A stretch of 64,000 nt of DNA, from assembly GCA_965224025.1 (NCBI GenBank), contig OZ245033.1:704001-768000 (forward strand). The letters run 5' to 3'. The stretch comes from Candidatus Multivorans sp. (GTDB lineage Bacteria > Acidobacteriota > Thermoanaerobaculia > Multivoradales > Multivoraceae). A program made the position numbers and the translations under genes. Below, in pieces: positions 39,691 through 47,202 of this stretch (position 1 is its first letter; the number at the start of each line of letters is the position of its first letter). The notes under the pieces were generated by a model that made no database searches, was not told where the DNA came from, and worked only from the letters and a program-made list of their open reading frames with translations.

Positions 39691-39845
39691 GTCGGCAAGC
39701 AGCCAGGAGCGACCACCGGCGTACTGTGCTTCGAGCACCTGGCTGGGACCCGTGCCCTGGCTGCTTCGCCGCGTTGGACGCCCAGTGGAGAGTCAGTGCC
39801 TTAGAGCACCAGTACAGGTACGGGCAGGCAACGCGGCATGCCGAC
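39691..39845 (+). ncRNA. Bridge RNA of the IS110 element (target- and donor-binding loops)
   Basis: Outer stem gtcggca/tgccgac; stems aagcagccagg/cctggctgctt and gccgcgttg/caacgcggc enclose guides matching the target and the donor junction; 5' end uncertain. Confidence 0.88.
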
Positions 39846-39880
39846 CAGGCAACACTACCGCAAGGGAGAAGGAGGACGAG

Positions 39881-41134
39881 ATGACCAGGACGTGGTTCGT
39901 CGGCGTGGACTGGGGGTCCGAGACCCACCACGTGTGTGTGCTGGATCGGGACGGCAAGGTGAGGGGGGAGCGGGCGTTCGACCACAGCGGCAAGGGACTT
40001 GCCGCCATGGCCGACTGGCTCCTTGGACATACCCGACCGACGTCTCCGGACGAGATCGGCGTCGCCATCGAGGTGCCGCACGGACCGGTGGTCGAGACTC
40101 TCCTGGAGCGGGGCTTCGCCGTGCATTCGATCAACCCCAAGCAGCTCGACCGCTTCAGGGACCGCTTCTCCGTCGCCGGCGCCAAGGATGACCGCCGCGA
40201 TGCACGGGCGCTCGCCGCCGCGCTTCGCACCGACCCCGAGTGCCTGAACCGCGTGCAACCATCCGATGCAGCCATCGTGATGCTGCGCGAGGTGTCCCGC
40301 GGCCGCAAGCAGTTGGTCGGCCAGAAGAACCGCCTGGAGAACCAAGTCCGCGACCAGATCTGGCGCTACTACCCGCAGTTTCTCGCCGTGGTCAAGAACG
40401 AGGTGTCGGCGCCCTTCGCGCTGGCCTTGTGGCGACTGGCGCCGACCCCCGGCAAGGCTCGACGGCTGCGCGAAGCCACGCTCGCCAAACTGCTCAAGGA
40501 ACACCGCATCCGGCGCCTGACCTCCGCCCAACTGCGCGATCAACTGCGGGCCGAGCCGATCGCCGTTTCCCCGGACACCGTTAAGGCCGCCGTCGAACAC
40601 ATAGGACTCCTCCGGCCGGTGCTCGACACCGTCTGCCGCCAACTCGCCGACGCCGACAAGCGGCTGGAGCGGATGACCCGCGCACTCGAGGCCCCGGCCC
40701 AACGGGAAAACGACGACGACTCCCCTAAGCCGAGCGACGCCGCCATCCTCAGGTCGCTGCCCGGACTCGGCAAGGTCGGCCTCGCCACCCTGCTCTCCGA
40801 GGCCGATCAAAGCCTGGGCCGCAGAGACCACGAGGCACTGCGTTGCCTCTGCGGAGTGGCGCCGGTGACCGTCAAGTCCGGCAAGAAGCTCATCGTCATG
40901 CGACGACTCGCCGCCAACGAACACCTCAGCGACGCCGTCTATCACTGGGGACGAGTCGCCATCCAGCACGACCCGATCAGCCGCGCCAAGTACGACGCCA
41001 TGAAAGCCCAGGGAAAGACGCACGGACGCGCCATCAGACAACTCGTCGACCGACTCCTCGGCGTCGCCTGCGCCATGCTCCGAGACCGAACTCTCTTCGA
41101 CCCCAACAAGCGATGCCATGCCCAGGTCGCATGA
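39881..41134 (+). CDS. IS110-family recombinase/transposase (417 aa)
   Basis: RuvC-like DEDD (VGVDWG, AIEVP, KDDRRDA); Tnp20-type region LPGLG...GVAPVTVKSG with the catalytic Ser; RBS aaggagg. Confidence 0.96.
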   Translation: MTRTWFVGVDWGSETHHVCVLDRDGKVRGERAFDHSGKGLAAMADWLLGHTRPTSPDEIGVAIEVPHGPVVETLLERGFAVHSINPKQLDRFRDRFSVAGAKDDRRDARALAAALRTDPECLNRVQPSDAAIVMLREVSRGRKQLVGQKNRLENQVRDQIWRYYPQFLAVVKNEVSAPFALALWRLAPTPGKARRLREATLAKLLKEHRIRRLTSAQLRDQLRAEPIAVSPDTVKAAVEHIGLLRPVLDTVCRQLADADKRLERMTRALEAPAQRENDDDSPKPSDAAILRSLPGLGKVGLATLLSEADQSLGRRDHEALRCLCGVAPVTVKSGKKLIVMRRLAANEHLSDAVYHWGRVAIQHDPISRAKYDAMKAQGKTHGRAIRQLVDRLLGVACAMLRDRTLFDPNKRCHAQVA

Positions 41135-41292
41135 CCTCCCTGACCCGCAGCAGCCTCCCCAAAACACACTTGCTAAAGGGTGGAGAGTCCCAGCGGTAGG
41201 GCGTCGGCGTGGCGGGAACCTCTACTACAGACATCATGGCTCGCTGCGGTGGATACGGCTCGGGCGGGCCACTGCTTGGCATACTTCGATCG

Positions 41293-41547
41293 ATGCACGA
41301 CGAACCCGCCGCCGATCCGCCGCTAATCCGCCCGCCGGCGTTCGACCGGATCACTCTCCGGCTGCTTGTGGCGGCGCTGGTCGCCGGTGCGCTGACGGTG
41401 CCGATCGTCATGTCTTGGCGTGACTTCAGTTGGCTCATGGCGCTCTCCAGTGCCGCCGGTATCGCTCTCCTGATCTTCTTCAGCGGCCGTGCCGCGCGGG
41501 TCCTGAACTTCGAGTGGCGCCGGCCGCCCTTCGAGCGGGAGGACTAG
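41293..41547 (+). CDS. Small two-TM hypothetical membrane protein
   Basis: Two hydrophobic helices; ends 3 bp before the NUDIX gene. Confidence 0.6.
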   Translation: MHDEPAADPPLIRPPAFDRITLRLLVAALVAGALTVPIVMSWRDFSWLMALSSAAGIALLIFFSGRAARVLNFEWRRPPFERED

Positions 41548-41550
41548 GAG

Positions 41551-42114
41551 TTGAAGAAGGTCCGTCCCTGGCGCGTCGAGGCCAAGCGTTCGGCCTTCGA
41601 CCACCCGCTGCTCAGGGTCGAGACCCAGGAACTCCGGGCCGGCGCCGACCGCCGAGAAGCGCTGGTTCTGCGGTCGGCCGACTGGGTCAACGTGATCCCC
41701 CTGATCGAACCCGGATCGACGGCCGACGGACCGACCGTCGTGTTCATCCGTCAGTGGCGGTTCGGGCGCGCCGCGGAGTCGCTGGAGATTCCGGGCGGCA
41801 TCGTCGAAGCGGGTGAGGACGCGGAGGTTGCCGCGGGACGGGAACTGCACGAAGAGACCGGCTACCGGGCCGGCAGGATCGAGCGCCTCGGCGTGGTCGA
41901 GCCCAACCCCGCCATCCTCGACAACGTGTGTTCGCTGTGGCTGGCTCGCGACCTGACCCTTACCGGCGATCCGATCGGCGACGGCAGCGAGGAGCTCGAG
42001 GTCGTCCACGTGCCCTTGCGCGAGGTTACCGAGCGGATCGCGAGCGGTGAGATCCGCCACTCGCTCGTCGTCACCGCCTTCTACTTCTTCGCCCGGCGCT
42101 ACGGTTTCTCTTGA
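41551..42114 (+). CDS. NUDIX hydrolase (ADP-ribose pyrophosphatase-like)
   Basis: Nudix box PGGIVEAGEDAEVAAGRELHEETGY. Confidence 0.92.
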   Translation: MKKVRPWRVEAKRSAFDHPLLRVETQELRAGADRREALVLRSADWVNVIPLIEPGSTADGPTVVFIRQWRFGRAAESLEIPGGIVEAGEDAEVAAGRELHEETGYRAGRIERLGVVEPNPAILDNVCSLWLARDLTLTGDPIGDGSEELEVVHVPLREVTERIASGEIRHSLVVTAFYFFARRYGFS

Positions 42115-42842
42115 GCGAACGTCGGCAACGGCCCGTCCGGGCCGCGGCGCGCCGCGGCGCCGCGCCGCTTCGGGGCGTCTCCTTCGACGCCACGGGCACG
42201 CTCTTCGTCTGCCCGCGCCGCGGTGAGATCTACGCCGAAGTCCTTGCCCGGCACGGTCTGCGCCTTGGCCCGGACGAGATCGAGACCGGCTTTCGGACCG
42301 CCTGGAGCGAACTCGACTGCCGACTCGGACGCGGCGAGGACCGCTACGGCAGCCATCCGGACGGCGCCCGCGGCTTCTGGCGCGAGCTGCTGGAGCGATC
42401 GTGCGCGCTGCTCGGGAAAGAAGCCCCCGGGCCCTTTGCGGCCGCCGAGTTGTTTGCCCGCTTCGAACGCGCGGACGCCTGGGAGCTTGGCCCCGGCGCC
42501 CGCGAGGTGCTGGCCGAACTGCGGCGCCGGGGTCTGCGGGTCGCGGTGACGAGCAACTGGGACCGCCGGTTGCCCCGTGTGCTGGCCAACCTCGGCCTGG
42601 GCGCCGACATCGATGCCGTCATCTGCTCCGAGGACGTGGGATCGGCGAAGCCGGCCGAGACGATCTTCCTTGCCGCCTGCCGGGAACTCGATCTGGAACC
42701 GGCGTCGGTCCTCCACGTCGGCGACGCCAAGATCGAGGATCGGGAGGGGGCCGAGGCGGCAGGCCTGCGGGCGCTGTGGCTGAATGCCGCGGAAGGAGAC
42801 ATCGGGGTGCTCGAAGAGGTGCTCGACTACGTCGGGGATTGA
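42111..42842 (+). CDS. HAD-IA family hydrolase
   Basis: FDATGTL, TSNWD, KP...IF, HVGD...D..GA. Confidence 0.9.
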   Translation: MSERRQRPVRAAARRGAAPLRGVSFDATGTLFVCPRRGEIYAEVLARHGLRLGPDEIETGFRTAWSELDCRLGRGEDRYGSHPDGARGFWRELLERSCALLGKEAPGPFAAAELFARFERADAWELGPGAREVLAELRRRGLRVAVTSNWDRRLPRVLANLGLGADIDAVICSEDVGSAKPAETIFLAACRELDLEPASVLHVGDAKIEDREGAEAAGLRALWLNAAEGDIGVLEEVLDYVGD

Positions 42843-42880
42843 CGCCGACTGCTACACTGCCCCATGGCGGGGAGGGCGCA

Positions 42881-43387
42881 ATGAAGATATCGACCAAGGG
42901 CGAGTACGGTATCCGCGCCATGCTGTACGTGGCGATGCACTCGGACGCCGGTCCGGTGCCGAGCCACGAGATCGCGATCAACCAGGGCGTCCCGGAGCCG
43001 TACCTGCGCCAGATCCTGGCGGCCCTTGCCCGCTTCCACTTGATCCGCTCGAATCGGGGCCCCCAGGGCGGCCACCTGTTGGGACGGCCGGCCGAGCAAA
43101 TCTCCATGCACGACATCCTGGTCGCGCTGGAGGGGCACACGACGTCGATCGACCACATCCTGGCTCAGCCCTGCACGATCGGTGTGGGGCCCAAGCACTG
43201 CGCGATCCGCGAGGTCTTCTTGAGCGTGAAGGAGGCGGTCGAGAACATCCTCTGCAACTTGAGCCTCGCCGATCTAGCCGAACGCCAGCAGGAAGTCTGC
43301 GAGTGCAAGATCGAGATCCCGCACGACCTGCCGCCGGAGCGCCTCCACGGTCTGCCGGGGCGGCCGCTGCACGTGCTGGGCGACTGA
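42881..43387 (+). CDS. Rrf2-family transcriptional regulator
   Basis: MKISTKGEYGIRA, YLRQIL, S.RGPQGGH.L, C-terminal Cys residues. Confidence 0.92.
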   Translation: MKISTKGEYGIRAMLYVAMHSDAGPVPSHEIAINQGVPEPYLRQILAALARFHLIRSNRGPQGGHLLGRPAEQISMHDILVALEGHTTSIDHILAQPCTIGVGPKHCAIREVFLSVKEAVENILCNLSLADLAERQQEVCECKIEIPHDLPPERLHGLPGRPLHVLGD

Positions 43388-43959
43388 CGGTCGGGGCCGG
43401 GACACGCCGGCGGTTCATCCGTCGCCGCGGCGGGCGTGCTCTCGCGTTGTTCCTGTTGCCGGCGGTGGCGCTCGCCTGGTCGTGCATCGTCCCCGCGGAT
43501 CCGGCGCCGCTGGACGACGGCGAACTGGAGAGCCTGACGGTGGCGCCGCCGCGAGACTCCGTGTTCCGGCCGGACGAGGATCAGCAGGAGCGCCGGGCGC
43601 CGGCTGCTGCCCTCGGCGGTCGGCTTCCGGGCGCCTTCCCGGAGGGCTTCCCGCTCCCGGACGGGTCCACGGTGTTCGACTTTGGCGCCGCCCCGCAGGA
43701 AGACGAAGGCGAAGAACCTGTTGCGGTGGAGTTCGTGAGCCTGCGGCTGCCCCTGGGCGCTCCGGCGGCCCGGGAATGGCTGCTGCGCGAGGCGCAGGCC
43801 GCGGGTTGGCGTGCGGCGTTGGGAGGCACCATGACCTTCCGGCGAGGTGACGAGTGGGTCCGGGTTGCGATCGAACCGGGCAGGACCGCCGGCAACTCGG
43901 GCGCCCGCTTCGAGTACCCGAAACTCCAGGAGGCCTCGCCACAGAACGCAACTGAGTAA
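43384..43959 (+). CDS. Hypothetical lipoprotein
   Basis: Arg-rich n-region, hydrophobic h-region, AWSC lipobox-like motif, LP..FP..FPLP motif; start uncertain. Confidence 0.55.
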   Translation: MTVGAGTRRRFIRRRGGRALALFLLPAVALAWSCIVPADPAPLDDGELESLTVAPPRDSVFRPDEDQQERRAPAAALGGRLPGAFPEGFPLPDGSTVFDFGAAPQEDEGEEPVAVEFVSLRLPLGAPAAREWLLREAQAAGWRAALGGTMTFRRGDEWVRVAIEPGRTAGNSGARFEYPKLQEASPQNATE

Positions 43960-44094
43960 GTTCCATCCAAGCGCCCGCTGGGCGCTCGGACTGGTTCGCG
44001 GGTGGCGCGAGTCACGCCGCCTGGGTTCTGGGCCGCGGCCTCCTGGTGAGGTGGGGGCTGGGGCCAAACACGGAGCCTGCGACGGTTTGGCGGC
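43960..44094 (-). repeat. Composite repeat: family B copy (43960-44028) plus family E copy (44041-44094)
   Basis: Minus strand reads gaacccaggcggcgtgactcgcgccacccgcgaaccagtccgagcgcccagcgggcgcttggatggaac. Confidence 0.8.
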
Positions 44095-44165
44095 GCTGAG
44101 CGCGGACCGCTGTTAGCATCGGGTGCCGCCGCTCAGGCGGTCGGAATCGTGAAAGACATAGGTTT

Positions 44166-45083
44166 GTGATCGGAACAGCGGGTCCCTTGACCCTCAAGCG
44201 CGCGGAGAAGTACGGCTTCTGCGCCGGCGTGCGCATCGCCGACAGGACCGTGCGAAAACTGGCCGCGGAAGGCCGGAGCGGGAAGATCCTGGGCCAGTTG
44301 GTGCACAACGAGCACGTCGTCTCGGATCTGGTGCAACTGGGCTTCGCCACCGCCTCGTCGCTCGACGAAGTTCGGGCCGGCACGATCGTGTTTTCGGCGC
44401 ATGGCGTGCCGCCGTCCTTTCATCGCCGGGCGCTGGAGCGCGGCCTGCTGGTGGTCGACACGACCTGTCCGTTCGTCTACGACGTGCACGAGGAGGCCCG
44501 GCAGGCGCTCAAGGCTGGCTTGCACGCAGTGTTCATCGGCGATTCCGCCCACCGCGAGGTGATTGGCTACACGCGGGATCTCGACCCCGGCGACTACGAC
44601 GTCGTGCTCACGACCGGGGATGTCGAGCGAATCGACTTCGACCGCGACCCCAGGGTGAAGATCTTCTACCAGACCACTCTGAACAGCGAGGAGTACGAGG
44701 ACGTGGCGCGGGCGATCGAGCGCGCGGCCGGCCACGCCGAGCGGGCGGACACGATCTGCTACGCGACCAAGGAGAACCAGGACGCGGCGCGCGCCCTCGC
44801 GGCCGATCCCGAGATCGACTGCATCGTGGTGGTCGGCGGGCGGCACAGCGCGAACACCAGGCATCTGTGGGAGACCTGCCGGGCCACCCAGCCGCGCAGC
44901 TATCTCGTTCACGGTTCGGACGATCTGCGGCCAGGCTGGTTCGCGGAGTGTCGGGCGGTGGGAGTCACCGCGGGCGCCTCGACGCCGGACACGATGATCG
45001 AGGAAGTCGAGGGCGCGATCCAGTTGCTGGCCACGTCTCCGGGCCCGACCGGGCCGATCCCCGCCGCTGAGGCCCCGCTTTGA
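44166..45083 (+). CDS. ispH: HMBPP reductase IspH/LytB
   Basis: GFCAGV, VHN, SAHG, DTTCPFV, QTT, TICYAT..NQ, S.NT, TAGASTP. Confidence 0.96.
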   Translation: MIGTAGPLTLKRAEKYGFCAGVRIADRTVRKLAAEGRSGKILGQLVHNEHVVSDLVQLGFATASSLDEVRAGTIVFSAHGVPPSFHRRALERGLLVVDTTCPFVYDVHEEARQALKAGLHAVFIGDSAHREVIGYTRDLDPGDYDVVLTTGDVERIDFDRDPRVKIFYQTTLNSEEYEDVARAIERAAGHAERADTICYATKENQDAARALAADPEIDCIVVVGGRHSANTRHLWETCRATQPRSYLVHGSDDLRPGWFAECRAVGVTAGASTPDTMIEEVEGAIQLLATSPGPTGPIPAAEAPL

Positions 45084-46375
45084 GGGTTCTGGTCATCGGC
45101 AACGGTGGCCGGGAGCACGCGCTCTGCTGGCTCATCCGGGAGCGGGCGCCTGCGACGGAGCTCTACTGCGCGCCGGGCAGTCCGGGTACCGGGGAGTGCG
45201 GCGAGAGCGTGGCGATCGATGTTTCGGACATCGAGGGGCTGTGCCGGTTCGCGGCTGAGCGGGCGATCGACCTCACCGTGGTCGGCCCCGAGCTGCCGCT
45301 GTCTCTGGGCATCGTGGACGCGTTTCGCGAGCGCGGTCTGCGCATCTTCGGACCCTCCCGCGCCGCCGCGCGCCTGGAGAGTTCCAAGGTCTTCGCCAAG
45401 GAGTTCATGCACCGGCACGGCGTGCCGACCTCCGACTTCGTGGTCACCGGCGACCGGGACACCGCGCGCTGGGCCGCGGAGCGCTTCGGATTGCCGGCGG
45501 TGCTCAAGGCAGACGGGCTCGCCGCCGGAAAGGGCGTACTGATCGTGTCCTCGCCGGCGGAGCTTGAGGCCGCCCTGGACGTGTTCTTCGTTGCCCGCCG
45601 CTTCGGTTCGGCCGGCGCCCGCGTTCTGATCGAGCCCTTCGTGCTTGGCGAGGAGGTTTCCTTCATCGCGTTCTGCGACGGCCGGCGGGTGCTGCCGCTC
45701 GCGACCTCCAAGGACTACAAGCGGATCGGCGACGACGACGCGGGCCCGAACACCGGCGGCATGGGCGCCCACAGTCCGGCGGGAATCGTCTCCAGGGAGC
45801 AGGTCTCCGAGATCATGAGCGAGGTCATGGAGCGGACGGTGGCCGGCATGGCCGCCGACGGCACGCCCTTCTCCGGCGTGCTCTACGCGGGTCTGATGAT
45901 GAGCCCGGACGGTCCCCAGGTACTCGAGTTCAACGTCCGGCTGGGCGACCCGGAGGCGCAGGCGCTGCTGTTGCGGCTGGAGGAGGACCCGGTCGACCTG
46001 TTCGCCGCCGGCGCCGACGGCGACTTCGGACGCTCCGAGCTCGCCTTCGACTCGGGCGCTTCGGCCTGCCTGGTGCTGGCCAACGAGGGCTACCCGGGGA
46101 ACGCGGCGTCGGGAGACGCGATCGAAGGGATCGAAGCCGCGCGAGCGCGCGAGGGCGTGGTCGTGTTCCACGCCGGCACCGGCCGCCGGAACGGCCGGGT
46201 CATCGCCACCGGCGGACGAGTGCTGAACGTCTGCGCGGTGGGCGACGACCTGGATCGGGCCCTCGCGCGGGCCTACGAGGGGGCGGCCCGGATCGACTGG
46301 CCGGCCAAGGCGATGCGCTCGGACATCGGCCGGCGGGTGCTCGCTGGCACTGCTATGGGAGCGGGCCTGTCGTGA
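45080..46375 (+). CDS. purD: Phosphoribosylamine-glycine ligase
   Basis: G.GGREHAL, VGPELPL, KADGLAAGKGV, GPNTGGMGA, EFNVRLGDPE. Confidence 0.97.
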   Translation: MRVLVIGNGGREHALCWLIRERAPATELYCAPGSPGTGECGESVAIDVSDIEGLCRFAAERAIDLTVVGPELPLSLGIVDAFRERGLRIFGPSRAAARLESSKVFAKEFMHRHGVPTSDFVVTGDRDTARWAAERFGLPAVLKADGLAAGKGVLIVSSPAELEAALDVFFVARRFGSAGARVLIEPFVLGEEVSFIAFCDGRRVLPLATSKDYKRIGDDDAGPNTGGMGAHSPAGIVSREQVSEIMSEVMERTVAGMAADGTPFSGVLYAGLMMSPDGPQVLEFNVRLGDPEAQALLLRLEEDPVDLFAAGADGDFGRSELAFDSGASACLVLANEGYPGNAASGDAIEGIEAARAREGVVVFHAGTGRRNGRVIATGGRVLNVCAVGDDLDRALARAYEGAARIDWPAKAMRSDIGRRVLAGTAMGAGLS

Positions 46376-47124
46376 GTTGCGGCGGCTGCAGCTTTGCGGG
46401 TCAATCGACCGCCGTTGAGGACACGTTCGTCGGCGTGCGCTTCGGCGAGGAGACGAACCTGACCCTCTGCCGCACGGGTGGCGAGCTGCTGGCCCGCGGC
46501 GACGAGGTGGTCGTGTCGATGAAGCCGGGTCCGGCCTACGCTCGGGTGGAGAAGTCGCCCATGCCGGTGTTCAAGCCGTGCCAGAAGTCGAGCGCCCGGA
46601 CGTTGATTCGGCGGGCGGACGACGCCGACCGTGCTGCGAGAGAACGGCAACTGACGAACCAGGTGCGCGGCAGGACGTTCTGCCGTGAGCGGGCGCGGGC
46701 GCTCGGCCTGGAGATGAAGGTGTCGCGGGTGGACTTCAGCCTGGATGGGCGCAACGCGACGTTCTACTTCACTGCCGAGCGGCGGGTCGACTTCCGGCAG
46801 TTGCTGCGCGACTTGAGGGGCCGCTTCAAGTCCCGGGTGCGACTGGTTCATGTCGGGCCGCGGGACGAGGCGCGGCTGCTCGGCGGCGTCGGCATCTGCG
46901 GTCGGACGCTGTGCTGTTCGACCTGGATCGACGACTTCCGGCCCATCTCGATCCAGATGGCCAAACGCCAGGGTGTGAGTCTCAACCCGTCCAGGATCTC
47001 CGGCCAGTGCGGCAGGCTCCTGTGCTGCCTCGCGTACGAGGATGACGACTATCGTCGCCGTCGTCCGAGCGACAGGCCCTGGTCGGGCGCTCGCGACGGT
47101 GGTGCGTTGCCGGTCCTGAGCTGA
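46372..47124 (+). CDS. ricT: PSP1/RicT (YaaT) family protein
   Basis: FYFTAERRVDFRQL, GICGRTLCCS, MAKRQG.SLNP..ISGQCGRLLCCL.YE. Confidence 0.9.
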   Translation: MSCGGCSFAGQSTAVEDTFVGVRFGEETNLTLCRTGGELLARGDEVVVSMKPGPAYARVEKSPMPVFKPCQKSSARTLIRRADDADRAARERQLTNQVRGRTFCRERARALGLEMKVSRVDFSLDGRNATFYFTAERRVDFRQLLRDLRGRFKSRVRLVHVGPRDEARLLGGVGICGRTLCCSTWIDDFRPISIQMAKRQGVSLNPSRISGQCGRLLCCLAYEDDDYRRRRPSDRPWSGARDGGALPVLS

Positions 47125-47127
47125 CGC

Positions 47128-47197
47128 GGATGCGGGCGAGACGCCCGCGTTCCCAGGGCGGATGCGGGAGCGGATCGCGCCACCCGGGTTCCCAGGG
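47128..47197 (-). repeat. Family A REP plus partial family B start, between convergent genes
   Basis: ggatgcgggcgagacgcccgcgttcccaggg is the reverse complement of 60780-60810; cgcgccacccgggttcccagg is the reverse complement of the start of the 13724 composite. Confidence 0.85.
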
Positions 47198-47202
47198 GGC
47201 GG

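Larger units (their letters stand above)
39481..41190 (+). mobile_element. IS110-family insertion sequence (1710 bp, CC core, no terminal inverted repeats), inserted in a REP
   Basis: Junctions ccggcgta-CC-tgtacc and tggagagt-CC-cagcgg; removing it restores the REP gatgccggccggaggccggcgtacccag. Confidence 0.92.

Noticed and set aside
39572-39880. N-terminal extension of the transposase (520-aa ORF call)
   Set aside because: A strong RBS and ATG at 39881 directly precede the conserved VGVD motif; the upstream region is better explained as structured RNA.
38045-41167. 1040-aa minus-strand ORF
   Set aside because: Antisense shadow of the IS110 and GT9 genes that also crosses tRNAs; no motifs. 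Long shadow ORFs are expected at this GC content.
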